From: Xylanibacter ruminicola 23
GTDB lineage: Bacteria; Bacteroidota; Bacteroidia; Bacteroidales; Bacteroidaceae
Reading direction: 5' to 3'
NCBI RefSeq assembly: GCF_000025925.1
Contig: NC_014033.1
Span: 1,410,001 to 1,442,000 of the forward strand
Length of the DNA stretch: 32,000 nt
Shown: in pieces, positions 1-10,019 of the stretch
How the letters are laid out: the number at the start of each line of letters is the position of its first letter
Position numbering within the stretch: the stretch's first letter is position 1
The notes under the pieces: generated by a model
Databases searched by the model: none
Told to the model about the DNA's origin: nothing
What the model saw: only the letters and a program-made list of their open reading frames with translations
Translations under genes and position numbers: made by a program

Positions 1-436
1 TTGCTCAGTAGGAGTTGTGATTGTGAGAGATGGCGAGATTGTGGATTCCTTCTATTCGCTGATACAGCCAGAGCCCAATTACTATAATTATTGGTGTAGT
101 CAGGTGCATGGACTAACACGTCAGGATACAGAGGAGGCCCCAATATTTCCAGAAGTATGGAAGCAGATTGAGCCAATGATTGAAGGTTTGCCCTTGGTGG
201 CACATAACAAAGCTTTCGATGAGAGTTGCTTAAAGGCCGTGTTTCGTTGTTATCAGATGGACTATCCAGATTATCAGTTCTATTGTACTTGTGTGGCTTC
301 TCGCAAAGCATTCCCAAATGCCGCGAATCACCAGCTACATACGATTTCTAAGCTATGTGGTTATGAGCTAGAGAACCACCATCATGCCCTCGCCGATGCC
401 GAAGCATGTGCCTGGATAGCCAGAGAAATCCTATAA
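1..436 (+). CDS. DnaQ/epsilon-like DEDDh 3'-5' exonuclease, C-terminal part (5' end lies off-window)
   Basis: The reading frame is open from base 2 (CSVGVVIVRDGEIV...), so the GTG at 17 is not the real start. It has exonuclease motifs LVAHNKAFDESCL (ExoII-like) and HHALADAEACAWI (ExoIII H-x4-D). Stop codon at 434-436. Confidence 0.8.
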   Translation, partial: CSVGVVIVRDGEIVDSFYSLIQPEPNYYNYWCSQVHGLTRQDTEEAPIFPEVWKQIEPMIEGLPLVAHNKAFDESCLKAVFRCYQMDYPDYQFYCTCVASRKAFPNAANHQLHTISKLCGYELENHHHALADAEACAWIAREIL

Positions 437-464
437 ATATTCTGGTATTTTATTAGATTCTTAC

Positions 465-496
465 AAGGTGTGCACTCAAACGGCACACCTTTCTTG
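465..496 (+). terminator. Putative intrinsic terminator downstream of the exonuclease gene
   Basis: A 9-bp perfect stem, AAGGTGTGC (465-473) with GCACACCTT (483-491), around a 9-nt loop, followed by TCTTGT. The T tract is weak. Confidence 0.5.
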
Positions 497-504
497 TATC
501 TTTG
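497..504 (+). promoter_or_regulatory. Bacteroidota-type -7 promoter box TATCTTTG
   Basis: Exact match to TAnnTTTG, 27 nt upstream of the ATG at 531. This argues that the downstream gene starts at 531 rather than at the track's 689. Confidence 0.5.
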
Positions 505-530
505 CATCGTGAACATAAGATAATGTAAAG

Positions 531-1399
531 ATGGAAACGAGACAGAAGAAAAAGATGGATTTGCTCACAGCTATTGAGCAGATAGTAGAAAAGGCCAAGG
601 ACTCGATGCTAAGCCCTGAGTTCTATCGCAAGGCCTCGCGATATATCAAATATGTGTCTGACAAACTCGATCTGACCAGGAACTGAGCGTGATGCTGGCC
701 CTCTTCATCAATCGTAGCGATGATACTAATATTCATATCAGCGAGCTGTCGGAAGATGTTAATTGCTCTACAATCCATATAATACGCTACATGAACGACA
801 TTGATATTCTTGAAAAAAGAGAATTCGTACGTTGTTGTAGAGACTTTCATAGATATAGAAAGAGTGTTTCGTATAGAATACCATTTGAGGTTATTGAGGC
901 TCTGAAGCATGACGAAAAGTATGTACCCAGAAGATGTACAGGCCTTACATGCCAGGAACTATTTGGCGAACTCGAAGAAATCTTTGACTTGCGCAAGGAG
1001 AATGAGATGACTTATGAGGCTATGCTGCAAAAGATCAATTCTCTTTTTGCAGATAATAGCAAACTAAATTTCGTTCAAATGGTGGATAGTTTCTTTCCTG
1101 ATGGTGAAGAAAATGAAGAAAGGATGTTGTTAATTTTATTCTGCCATCTATGCGTAAATAATGGTGACGACAATATTCGCTTTCATGATTTAGATTTCTT
1201 GTTTGATGACAAACGGGAATGGAATCGTCAGAAAGTAAGACTTAATAATGGGAATCATTTTCTAATTGAGGAACATCTAATTGAGTATAACAATGATAAT
1301 GGCATGATTCATACTGGAGTAATAAAAGAATATCCTGCTGATTTCATGGATGAAGCCATCCTTAAATACGCCAAAATTAATCTAAGTAACATAATTTAG
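531..1399 (+). pseudogene. Frameshifted and C-terminally truncated remnant of a Bacteroidales AAA+ ATPase-family gene (N-terminal region only)
   Basis: ORF 531-686 (METRQKKKMDLLTAIEQIVEKAK...KLDLTRN*) continues in another frame from 662/689 (..QELSVMLALFINRSDD...). Restoring one C at about 676 gives a contiguous ...LDLTQELSVMLALF. From memory, the sequence resembles the N-terminal region that precedes the ATPase module in a family of Bacteroides 'ATP-binding' proteins, but no Walker motifs follow. The segment is AT-rich (about 32% GC at 1081-1140 by hand count). Confidence 0.5.
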
Positions 1400-1410
1400 A
1401 ATAAAAAGAA

Positions 1411-1444
1411 AAGAAGTTTGCGTTTTTGGTTGCGCAAACTTCTT
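1411..1444. terminator. Bidirectional intrinsic terminator (end of the atp operon and of the remnant gene)
   Basis: A 12-bp perfect stem, AAGAAGTTTGCG (1411-1422) with CGCAAACTTCTT (1433-1444). It is flanked by an A-rich run on the left and T-rich sequence on the right, so either strand reads as hairpin plus U-rich tail. Confidence 0.65.
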
Positions 1445-1451
1445 TTACATG

Positions 1452-2426
1452 TTAGTTATTAACCGAACCACCCACAATATCGAGCAATTCGGATGTAATG
1501 GCTTGCTGGCGGCTCTTGTTGTATTGCAAGTTGAGCTGGCGCAGCAATTCATCGGCATTATCAGTGGCCGTTTGCATAGCTACCATTCGGGCTGCATGCT
1601 CGGAGGCATTGCTATCCAACAGGGCTGTGTAGAGCATCAGGTGAGCCAGTTTTGGCATGAGCAGCGAGAGCACACAGTTCATGTCGGGCTCAACGATAAA
1701 GTTATCGTTAAGTGGCTTAACCTCTTCGCTCTTAGCACCCTCGTCCTTTCGCTCTCCCCTATTCTTAAGGTACTCCTGACTCTGCTTGGTGGCAATCACA
1801 CTCTCAAGATCGCGCTCATGATCGGCCTGCAACTCACTCTCCACATCGATAGGCAGGAAGGTTTTGCGGGTAAGCACCTGTGAGCCTGCACTCTTAAAGT
1901 GGTGATAGATGAGTTCTACCTTATCAATCTCGCCCTGAGCAAACTTACGACCCAGCTCCATGGCTATCTCGATGCAGTCGTGCACATTGGGATGATCGGC
2001 AAGGGCCGAATACTCGCCCTGCACATTCAAGCCCATCTTGCGTGCCTTCTCGTACACCTTGCGACCAATGGGATAAATCTCCACATTATCACGACCGATG
2101 GTTTCGGCGTACTCATTCACAGCATGTGTCATCTGCTTGATGATGTTGGCATTGAAACCGCCGCAAAGCGACGAGTTACTTGAGAACACCACCAGCGCAG
2201 CCCTTTTTACGGGGCGCTCCTGATCGTAGATAGTCTGAGCCTCGGCTTCGGCAGCTAAGAACGACTTGAGGATGTGTTCCAACAACTCCTCGTAAGGCAG
2301 CATATTCTGAATAGCCACCTGTGCGTGGTGCAGTTTGCTGGAGGCAACCATCTTCATAGCCGACGTGATCTTTCGCGTAGAATTGACTGAGGCTATGCGG
2401 CCTTTAATTTCTTTCAGGCTAGGCAT
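1452..2426 (-). CDS. atpG: F1 ATP synthase subunit gamma
   Basis: The 324-aa product has a canonical N terminus (MPSLKEIKGRIASVNSTRKITSAMKMVASSKL) and C terminus (ITSELLDIVGG), and sits directly after atpA. Confidence 0.95.
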   Translation of the reverse strand: MPSLKEIKGRIASVNSTRKITSAMKMVASSKLHHAQVAIQNMLPYEELLEHILKSFLAAEAEAQTIYDQERPVKRAALVVFSSNSSLCGGFNANIIKQMTHAVNEYAETIGRDNVEIYPIGRKVYEKARKMGLNVQGEYSALADHPNVHDCIEIAMELGRKFAQGEIDKVELIYHHFKSAGSQVLTRKTFLPIDVESELQADHERDLESVIATKQSQEYLKNRGERKDEGAKSEEVKPLNDNFIVEPDMNCVLSLLMPKLAHLMLYTALLDSNASEHAARMVAMQTATDNADELLRQLNLQYNKSRQQAITSELLDIVGGSVNN

Positions 2427-2432
2427 AGGCTA

Positions 2433-4019
2433 TCAGGCTTTATACGTTCCAGCAATGTCGGCCATTACAGCCTCGATAGTTGCGGTGGTAGCATCGTCGA
2501 TCTTACCACTGGCCAGTGTCTCGATAACCTCGGGATGAGCTGAGCGCAGCTTATCGAGGAACGATGTCTGGCATTCGCGTACCTTAGCGATGGGCACTTC
2601 GCGCATCAGGCCGTGTACACCGCAATACAGGATGGCAATCTGCTCGCCTACTGGCATTGGGCTGTACTGTGGCTGAATCAACAACTGGTTGTTCTTACGT
2701 CCACGGTCCAGTGTCATCGCTGTTACGGCATCCATATCACTCGAGAACTTAGAGAAGGCCTCGAGCTCACGATACTGAGCCTGGTCGATCTTCAGGGTAC
2801 CAGCCACCTTCTTCATACTCTTGATCTGAGCCGAACCACCCACACGAGATACCGAGATACCTACGTTGATGGCAGGACGGAAACCTTGGTTAAAGAGGTC
2901 GCTCTCGAGGAAGATCTGTCCGTCGGTAATCGAAATTACGTTAGTTGGGATGTAAGCTGATACGTCGCCGGCCTGAGTCTCGATGATAGGCAGAGCGGTA
3001 AGCGAACCACCACCCTTAACGTGACCCTTCATACACTCGGGCAGGTCGTTCATCTGCTCGGCTACCTCCTGCTGTTCGTTCATCTTAGCAGCACGCTCCA
3101 AAAGACGAGAGTGCAGATAGAACACGTCACCGGGATAAGCCTCACGTCCTGAAGGACGACGCAGAATCAGCGATACCTCACGATAGGCCACAGCCTGCTT
3201 CGACAGATCGTCGTAAACTACCAGGGCTGGCAGACCACGATCGCGGAAGTACTCACCGATAGCGGCACCTGCAAATGGTGCATAGTACTGCATAGCGGCA
3301 GGATCGGCAGCTGTAGCGGCTACCACGATGGTATAAGGCATAGCGCCGTGCTCCTGCAGTGTAGAAACGAGGGCTGCAACGGTACTGGCCTTCTGACCGA
3401 TAGCTACATAAATACAATACACGGGCTTACCAGCCTCGTAGAAACTCTTCTGATTGATGATGGTATCAACGGCGATGGCAGTCTTACCTGTCTGACGGTC
3501 GCCAATGATCAACTCACGCTGTCCACGACCGATAGGAATCATCGAGTCGATGGCCTTCAATCCAGTCTGCAGAGGCTCCTTAACGGGCTGGCGGTAGATA
3601 ACACCAGGGGCCTTACGATCCAGAGGCATCTCGAATGCCTCGGTGAGATCGATATCACCCTTACCGTCGATAGCCTGACCCAGCGGATTGATAACGCGAC
3701 CGAGCATGTTGTCGTTTACACGGATAGAAGCGATACGCTTGGTACGCTTCACTACCATGCCTTCCTTGATGCCTGAGGTAGAGCCCAAGAGCACACAACC
3801 TACGTTGTCCTCCTCAAGGTTCATCACGATAGCCATGGTACCGTTCTCAAACTCCAGCAGCTCGTTAGCCTCGGCGTTGCGCAGTCCGTAGATACGTGCC
3901 ACACCATCGCTGACGGTGAGTACGGTACCTACCTCGTCGAACTTCTCGGCATCCGAGATTCCCTTGAGCTGATCGATCAGCACCTGGGAAACTTCGCTTG
4001 GTTTAATCTTATCTGACAT
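2433..4019 (-). CDS. atpA: F1 ATP synthase subunit alpha
   Basis: 528 aa with Walker [12 protein letters not shown], plus [45 protein letters not shown]. Confidence 0.97.
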   Translation of the reverse strand: MSDKIKPSEVSQVLIDQLKGISDAEKFDEVGTVLTVSDGVARIYGLRNAEANELLEFENGTMAIVMNLEEDNVGCVLLGSTSGIKEGMVVKRTKRIASIRVNDNMLGRVINPLGQAIDGKGDIDLTEAFEMPLDRKAPGVIYRQPVKEPLQTGLKAIDSMIPIGRGQRELIIGDRQTGKTAIAVDTIINQKSFYEAGKPVYCIYVAIGQKASTVAALVSTLQEHGAMPYTIVVAATAADPAAMQYYAPFAGAAIGEYFRDRGLPALVVYDDLSKQAVAYREVSLILRRPSGREAYPGDVFYLHSRLLERAAKMNEQQEVAEQMNDLPECMKGHVKGGGSLTALPIIETQAGDVSAYIPTNVISITDGQIFLESDLFNQGFRPAINVGISVSRVGGSAQIKSMKKVAGTLKIDQAQYRELEAFSKFSSDMDAVTAMTLDRGRKNNQLLIQPQYSPMPVGEQIAILYCGVHGLMREVPIAKVRECQTSFLDKLRSAHPEVIETLASGKIDDATTATIEAVMADIAGTYKA

Positions 4020-4025
4020 TGTTGT

Positions 4026-4562
4026 TTACTTTTTTAATGTATTGAGAATACTGTTGAGTTTGGTTTTGACACTGGCGTCCATGCGGTAGGTGTCGTATTC
4101 GAGGATAAAGCCACCGATGATATCGGGGTTAACCTGCGACTCAAACTCTACTGTTCCATTAGTCTTACTCTCCACCATGCGGCGCATCTTCTGTTCTGTT
4201 TCAGGCGATACGGCTGCAGCGGTGATGAGTCGTCCGCGGATGACATTCTTCTGCTGGCGGTAAAGCGTGACGTACGAATTGGCGATGAACTGCATCACAC
4301 TCTCGCGGTCTTCCTTCAGCACAAGCTGTACGAAGGCCTTCATCAGGGGCGAAGGTTCCTTGCCTGCTGCTGTGAGCAGCAGCGCCTCCTTCTTATCCTT
4401 CGAGAGCATCGGATTGTCAATCGTAGAGCGCAACTGTGGCACCTCGATGTAGCTCTTTGCTATCTGCTGCATCTCGGCATACACCTGCTGCTCTATCTTG
4501 GCGTCGGTGGCACTCTTGAGGAGTGCTCGCGCGTATCTTACCGATATGACTCCTATATCCAT
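4026..4562 (-). CDS. atpH: F1 ATP synthase subunit delta (OSCP)
   Basis: 178 aa, located between atpF and atpA. The N terminus (VISVRYARALLKSA) and overall length are typical of delta. Confidence 0.85.
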   Translation of the reverse strand: MDIGVISVRYARALLKSATDAKIEQQVYAEMQQIAKSYIEVPQLRSTIDNPMLSKDKKEALLLTAAGKEPSPLMKAFVQLVLKEDRESVMQFIANSYVTLYRQQKNVIRGRLITAAAVSPETEQKMRRMVESKTNGTVEFESQVNPDIIGGFILEYDTYRMDASVKTKLNSILNTLKK

Positions 4563-4573
4563 ACGTTTAATGC

Positions 4574-5089
4574 TTATTTATCAGTAGAAACATCATCCAG
4601 CATACGGTCAATCAAATCCATCTGTGCCTTGTCGTCCTTCAGGCTCTGCTTGAGAACCTTCTCGGCGATGCCAACACTGAGAGCGGCAACCTGCTGACGG
4701 ATATCGGCAATGGCGGCTTTCTTCTCCTGGTCGATAGCCACACGGGCATCTTCCAAGAGTCGGGCACCTTCGGCCCTAGCCTTCTCCTGAGCCTGCTCCA
4801 CAATAGCGTCGCGTGTTTCGGCAGCCTCCTTCAGTATCTGAGCCTGCTTGGCACGTGCCTCCTGCAAGATGGATTCTCCCTCCTTCTCGATGTTAGCCAA
4901 ACGCTCCTGGGCCTCGTGGGCCTTCTTGAGACTGTCTTCAATGTAGCGGTTTCGCTCCTCAACCATACCTACGATGGCAGGGAAACCGTACTTGGCAAGT
5001 ACGAAGAAGACGACGGCAAACGCCAGAAGCATCCAGAACAAGAGTCCCAGATCGGGGGTGAGGATTGCTGGCAGTTTACTGAAATCCAT
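4574..5089 (-). CDS. atpF: Fo ATP synthase subunit b
   Basis: 171 aa with a single N-terminal TM helix (LLFWMLLAFAVVFFVLAKY) followed by a long charged A/E/K/R-rich helix. Operon position fits. Confidence 0.88.
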   Translation of the reverse strand: MDFSKLPAILTPDLGLLFWMLLAFAVVFFVLAKYGFPAIVGMVEERNRYIEDSLKKAHEAQERLANIEKEGESILQEARAKQAQILKEAAETRDAIVEQAQEKARAEGARLLEDARVAIDQEKKAAIADIRQQVAALSVGIAEKVLKQSLKDDKAQMDLIDRMLDDVSTDK

Positions 5090-5143
5090 ATTATTTAAAA
5101 TTTTTCAGTTCTTGAAAACTTCAATTCTAGAATTCTTCAATCC

Positions 5144-5383
5144 TTACTTGATAAGGAATGCACAAGCTGCGATAGCGAAAAGGGCACAACCCTCAACGAA
5201 AGCTGATGTCAGAATCATGTTGGTCTGAATCTTACCAGTAGCCTCTGGCTGGCGAGCAATAGCGTCCATAGCGCTACCACCAATCTTACCAATACCCAAA
5301 CCTGCACCAATTGTTGCAATACCTGCACCGATACCGCAGCCCAGCTGAGCCAGACCCTCGGCTAAAAATAAAGCTGAAATCAT
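5144..5383 (-). CDS. atpE: Fo ATP synthase subunit c
   Basis: A 79-aa two-helix hairpin with a GxGxGxG helix 1, an ARQPE loop, and the carboxylate in AFVEG of helix 2. By eye it lacks the Q/S/T Na+-binding signature, so it is probably H+-coupled. Confidence 0.93.
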   Translation of the reverse strand: MISALFLAEGLAQLGCGIGAGIATIGAGLGIGKIGGSAMDAIARQPEATGKIQTNMILTSAFVEGCALFAIAACAFLIK

Positions 5384-5389
5384 AATACT

Positions 5390-5410
5390 TTTAATTTTTA
5401 ATTATTAATA
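5390..5410. repeat. Degenerate TTTAATN heptamer array (3 units)
   Basis: TTTAATT TTTAATT ATTAATA lies immediately upstream (in mRNA sense) of the atpE start codon at 5383. It uses the same 7-bp unit family as 7172-7199, 9958-9979, 15745-15786 and 16304-16338. Confidence 0.6.
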
Positions 5411-5454
5411 ATGTTGTTTCTATTTCAATTTTTGAATTTTGCAATTCTTACATT

Positions 5455-6510
5455 TTACTCTGCGTGGTGCTCTTTGTGGGCAAGCCCGATAAACACCGCA
5501 CTAAGCATGGTAAATACATAAGCCTGAACAAAAGCTACCAGCAACTCGAGTGCATTCATAAACAGAAGCATGATGATGCTGAAAGCATTCAGTCCGAGAC
5601 CGAATCCTACACCCATCGACCAACCGAGGAAAATCACACAGGTAAACGAAAGAATTACTGCGTGACCAGCCATCATGTTGGCAAAAAGACGGATCATCAG
5701 CGCAAAAGGCTTGGTGAACACGCCGAACAACTCGATGAGTGGCATTACCGGAGCGGGATAGGCCTTGAGGAACAGAGGTACCTCGGGCCAGAAAATCTCC
5801 TTCCAGTACTCCTTATTGGCAAACAGGTTAATGGCCAACATGGTGCACACCGCCAGGAAGAAGGTGATGTTAATGTTGCCAGTAACATTGGCGCCGCCTG
5901 GGAATACAGGTATCAATCCGATGAGATTACAGGTAAGGATAAAGAAGAACACCGTGAGCAGGTAAGGGGCATACGGCTTGTAGTGCTTCTCACCTATCGA
6001 CGACTTGATGAGGTCGTCATGAATCGTCATCACGATCATCTCCATGGCTCCTACAAATCCCTTCGGAGCCTCGCTCTTCGCATCGTGGTTCTTATACCAG
6101 CGGGCACAACTCAGGAAAACAGTAATCAGCACTACCACCACAATCCATATCTGCAGCACACTCTTGGTGATGCTCAGGTCGAGGGGGCGTACCTCTTCGC
6201 CTCCCACACGCTCATATATCTTGCCGTGATGTTCCTCGCTGAAGAAGAACTGATCGGGCAGACTGTGAGCGGTGCAGAAGAACCACTTTTGTCCTGGATT
6301 ATCGCTCGCACTACGAAGGATGATTGGCAGCGGAATGCTGATATGACTACCCTGATAGCTGGCGATATGCCATTCGTAAGAGTCGGCCAGGTGCTCGAGT
6401 ACAATCTCGGGGATGTCGAGCTCCTCACCTTCTCCACCCTCGTTAGCCAGGGCAGGCACAGGCAGCAGGGCTACCATCATCAGGAGGATTATCGTTCTAA
6501 TTGTTTTCAT
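5455..6510 (-). CDS. atpB: Fo ATP synthase subunit a, with long N-terminal extension and signal-like peptide
   Basis: 351 aa. The C-terminal half carries the conserved a-subunit motif FALMIRLFANMMAGH (essential Arg). The N terminus, MKTIRTIILLMMVALLPVPALA, looks like a signal peptide. Confidence 0.93.
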   Translation of the reverse strand: MKTIRTIILLMMVALLPVPALANEGGEGEELDIPEIVLEHLADSYEWHIASYQGSHISIPLPIILRSASDNPGQKWFFCTAHSLPDQFFFSEEHHGKIYERVGGEEVRPLDLSITKSVLQIWIVVVVLITVFLSCARWYKNHDAKSEAPKGFVGAMEMIVMTIHDDLIKSSIGEKHYKPYAPYLLTVFFFILTCNLIGLIPVFPGGANVTGNINITFFLAVCTMLAINLFANKEYWKEIFWPEVPLFLKAYPAPVMPLIELFGVFTKPFALMIRLFANMMAGHAVILSFTCVIFLGWSMGVGFGLGLNAFSIIMLLFMNALELLVAFVQAYVFTMLSAVFIGLAHKEHHAE

Positions 6511-6516
6511 TACTAC

Positions 6517-6909
6517 TTATCTATTATTAATTCTGGCGAAGAAGATGGAATGGTGCGCAAGCATAGCAAAATAGAATGCTATAAACACCATGAAGAAACG
6601 AAGCATAGAGTCCTGAGTATCAACCAGATAATAGACAAACATAACCGCCAGCGCCAACAGCATACGGAAGCCTGACACCGCCGTAAAGAAGGTAGGCAGA
6701 CTATCGGCTGAACGCTGGGCTACACGGCGCCATATCAGGGCAATACTCACGCATACTACAAGCGAGAATGCCACGCTGACGATGACGGGTGTTAGCAAGT
6801 CGAGATACTTTACCTGCATCACCAGGAAAGCGATGAGTGCCAGGGCTACTGTTACCATCAGTCCCTGTCGGATGTAGGCTACGCTCAACTTCTGGATATC
6901 CATTGTCAT
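6517..6909 (-). CDS. Small 4-TM membrane protein in the atpI/atpZ position of the atp operon
   Basis: 130 aa with four hydrophobic helices. It is wedged between atpC (15-bp gap) and atpB (6-bp gap). I recognise no motif; the call rests on position and topology only. Confidence 0.6.
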   Translation of the reverse strand: MTMDIQKLSVAYIRQGLMVTVALALIAFLVMQVKYLDLLTPVIVSVAFSLVVCVSIALIWRRVAQRSADSLPTFFTAVSGFRMLLALAVMFVYYLVDTQDSMLRFFMVFIAFYFAMLAHHSIFFARINNR

Positions 6910-6924
6910 ACGATTAACTCAAAA

Positions 6925-7167
6925 TTACTTCAGTTCTACACAAAGACTTACCACATTCTTCTGCACCTCCACGAAACCACCTTGTATCTCCAGCTGGGCT
7001 TTACCCTCGGCTGTGGTGTACTCCACGGTGCCGCACTGGAGGGTAGAGATGATTGGCGCATGATCCTGCAGTATCTCGAACTGGCCCATTGTGCCAGGCA
7101 CGAGAACGCTCTCAACCGCACCACAGAACTCTATCTTTTCGGGAGAAACAATCTTAAGCTGCAACAT
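6925..7167 (-). CDS. atpC: F1 ATP synthase subunit epsilon, short form (beta-sandwich only)
   Basis: 80 aa beginning MLQLKIVSPEKIEFCGAVESVLVPGTMGQFEILQDHAPIIS, which is typical of the epsilon N-terminal domain. It follows atpD. The protein ends where the C-terminal helical hairpin would normally begin. Confidence 0.88.
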   Translation of the reverse strand: MLQLKIVSPEKIEFCGAVESVLVPGTMGQFEILQDHAPIISTLQCGTVEYTTAEGKAQLEIQGGFVEVQKNVVSLCVELK

Positions 7168-7171
7168 AAAC

Positions 7172-7199
7172 TTTAATGTTTAATCTTTAATGTTTAATG
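7172..7199. repeat. TTTAAT(G/C) heptamer tandem array (4 units) filling the atpD-atpC spacer
   Basis: TTTAATG TTTAATC TTTAATG TTTAATG, followed directly by the atpD stop codon (TTA on the + strand, 7200-7202). Confidence 0.85.
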
Positions 7200-8741
<1,542 letters not shown>

Positions 8742-8780
8742 TTAAGTTACTATAGATTTATATTTTCGTTATAATGCTTG

Positions 8781-8788
8781 CAAAGGTA
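8781..8788 (-). promoter_or_regulatory. -7 promoter box TACCTTTG for the atp operon
   Basis: CAAAGGTA on the + strand is TACCTTTG on the minus strand, an exact TAnnTTTG match 55 nt upstream of the atpD ATG. Confidence 0.55.
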
Positions 8789-8857
8789 AGTATTATTATC
8801 CGAACAAACGAACTTTTACACGACAAAATTCCCAAATTCACCATTTTTGGCGACTTT

Positions 8858-9958
8858 TCAATGTCGCAAAGCGATGTTATAGTTCAGATATTTAGGATTT
8901 CCGGTCACATCCTCGAGCACTTTTACGAACGGGGGGAAGTTAACGGTTTCCTGTTCCGAAATACCTTTGGTTTCCATCATCACCAGATTGCTGACAGGGT
9001 CCTGGAAGGTGTCGATCTGGAAGAACTGACCTTTCCAGATAAAGCTCTGACGCTTTTTGTGGATGGTTACGCGGTAAGGATCGGCCTGCTGCAGCATCTG
9101 CTCGTACAGGTTGTTGTCAACCTGACGCTCGGTCTCAATCACTTCGGTTTCGCTGATGCGTTTCTTCGAGCGGTGAACATTCACCACCTTACCCCCACTC
9201 CACTCGCGGCGGCGCAGGCGCACCTCGCTACCAGGCTCAGCTACCAGATAGGTCTGGGTAATCAAGCTCTCGGAGCACTCGGGAATCTCACCGATAATCT
9301 CTACGCGGAAGATACGCTCCTCCTGCACAGGCTGTGGCAAGCCTACAACCTTTGAAATCTCGGTAAGCACACGCTTAATCTTATTATCGAAATCGTCGTG
9401 ATTGTTAATTACACGCAGATGGGGATGACCGGTCCAAGCCTCGATCACCTTCTTATCCAGCTCGCGGGCAATACGCAATCCTTCTTCGTTGGCCTGCTCG
9501 TAACGCGTGGCGTTGGTGGCAGTAGTATAATACTGCTCGGCGCCATCGGCTGCACTCACCAGGTGCAGCACGGCATCGTAACTCTCGCGCAAAGCCTCTG
9601 AATTGGTACCAGCCATGTGGGTAATCTCCTCCCACTCCTCGGGTTTGATATAGGCCGAAATGTCCATCGCGCCTCTATCACATACCACCAGCACGGGATC
9701 TTCACAAACCTCGGCCAACTTCATAAACTGGTTTTCGAGTGCCAACTGGGTCTCCAGAATGGCACGTTCGCCTTGATAGTACAACTTACGGTTAGGCGTC
9801 AGGTAGTTCCAGCCTGCGGTGCTATAGATAGTAGGCACCTCGGGCACGTTGAACACCTTGTAACCAAACCCTGAGAAATACTCGGTAATCTTTACCAACG
9901 CGGTAGTCTTACCAGCACAAGGTCCTCCTGTCAGAACTATTTTCTTTATATCTGGCAT
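8858..9958 (-). CDS. Fusion protein: N-terminal P-loop NTPase (AAA_28/NadR-kinase-like) plus C-terminal CYTH (triphosphate tunnel) domain
   Basis: 366 aa. It has Walker A GGPCAGKTT and Walker B VLVVCDRG. The C-terminal half shows CYTH hallmarks: ITQTYL...VRLRRRE...ETERQV...IHKKRQSF...FQIDTF...LVMMETKG...EDVTGNPKYLNYNIA. Confidence 0.75.
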   Translation of the reverse strand: MPDIKKIVLTGGPCAGKTTALVKITEYFSGFGYKVFNVPEVPTIYSTAGWNYLTPNRKLYYQGERAILETQLALENQFMKLAEVCEDPVLVVCDRGAMDISAYIKPEEWEEITHMAGTNSEALRESYDAVLHLVSAADGAEQYYTTATNATRYEQANEEGLRIARELDKKVIEAWTGHPHLRVINNHDDFDNKIKRVLTEISKVVGLPQPVQEERIFRVEIIGEIPECSESLITQTYLVAEPGSEVRLRRREWSGGKVVNVHRSKKRISETEVIETERQVDNNLYEQMLQQADPYRVTIHKKRQSFIWKGQFFQIDTFQDPVSNLVMMETKGISEQETVNFPPFVKVLEDVTGNPKYLNYNIALRH

Positions 9959-9979
9959 TTAATGTTTAATCTTTTAATC
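9958..9979. repeat. TTTAAT(G/C) heptamer array (3 units) abutting the start codon of the P-loop/CYTH gene
   Basis: TTTAATG TTTAATC TTTTAATC. The first T is the last base of the start codon (CAT, 9956-9958, on the + strand). Confidence 0.75.
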
Positions 9980-10019
9980 GTTTCTTTAGTACGCTTGGCA
10001 TCGCCAAGAATGTTTAATA

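Noticed and set aside
5464-6675. 403-aa plus-strand ORF overlapping atpB and the small membrane ORF
   Set aside because: It is antisense shadow of atpB, whose product has the diagnostic a-subunit motif. The plus-strand product is H/R/Q-rich with no recognisable domain and has no promoter box.
8849-8868. Hairpin GCGAC-N8-GTCGC overlapping the stop codon of the P-loop/CYTH gene as a terminator
   Set aside because: The stem is only 5 bp and the downstream sequence on the minus strand is A-rich, so it is not a credible intrinsic terminator.
8774-9355. 193-aa plus-strand ORF overlapping the atpD promoter region and the P-loop/CYTH gene
   Set aside because: It is antisense to a gene with Walker and CYTH motifs, and it begins inside the atp promoter region. 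There is no supporting signal.
9994-10008. Hairpin CTTGGC-ATC-GCCAAG downstream of pfkA as a terminator
   Set aside because: It has only a 6-bp stem, and on the transcribed (minus) strand it is followed by CGTACTAAAG rather than a U tract. It may at most be a processing or pause site.
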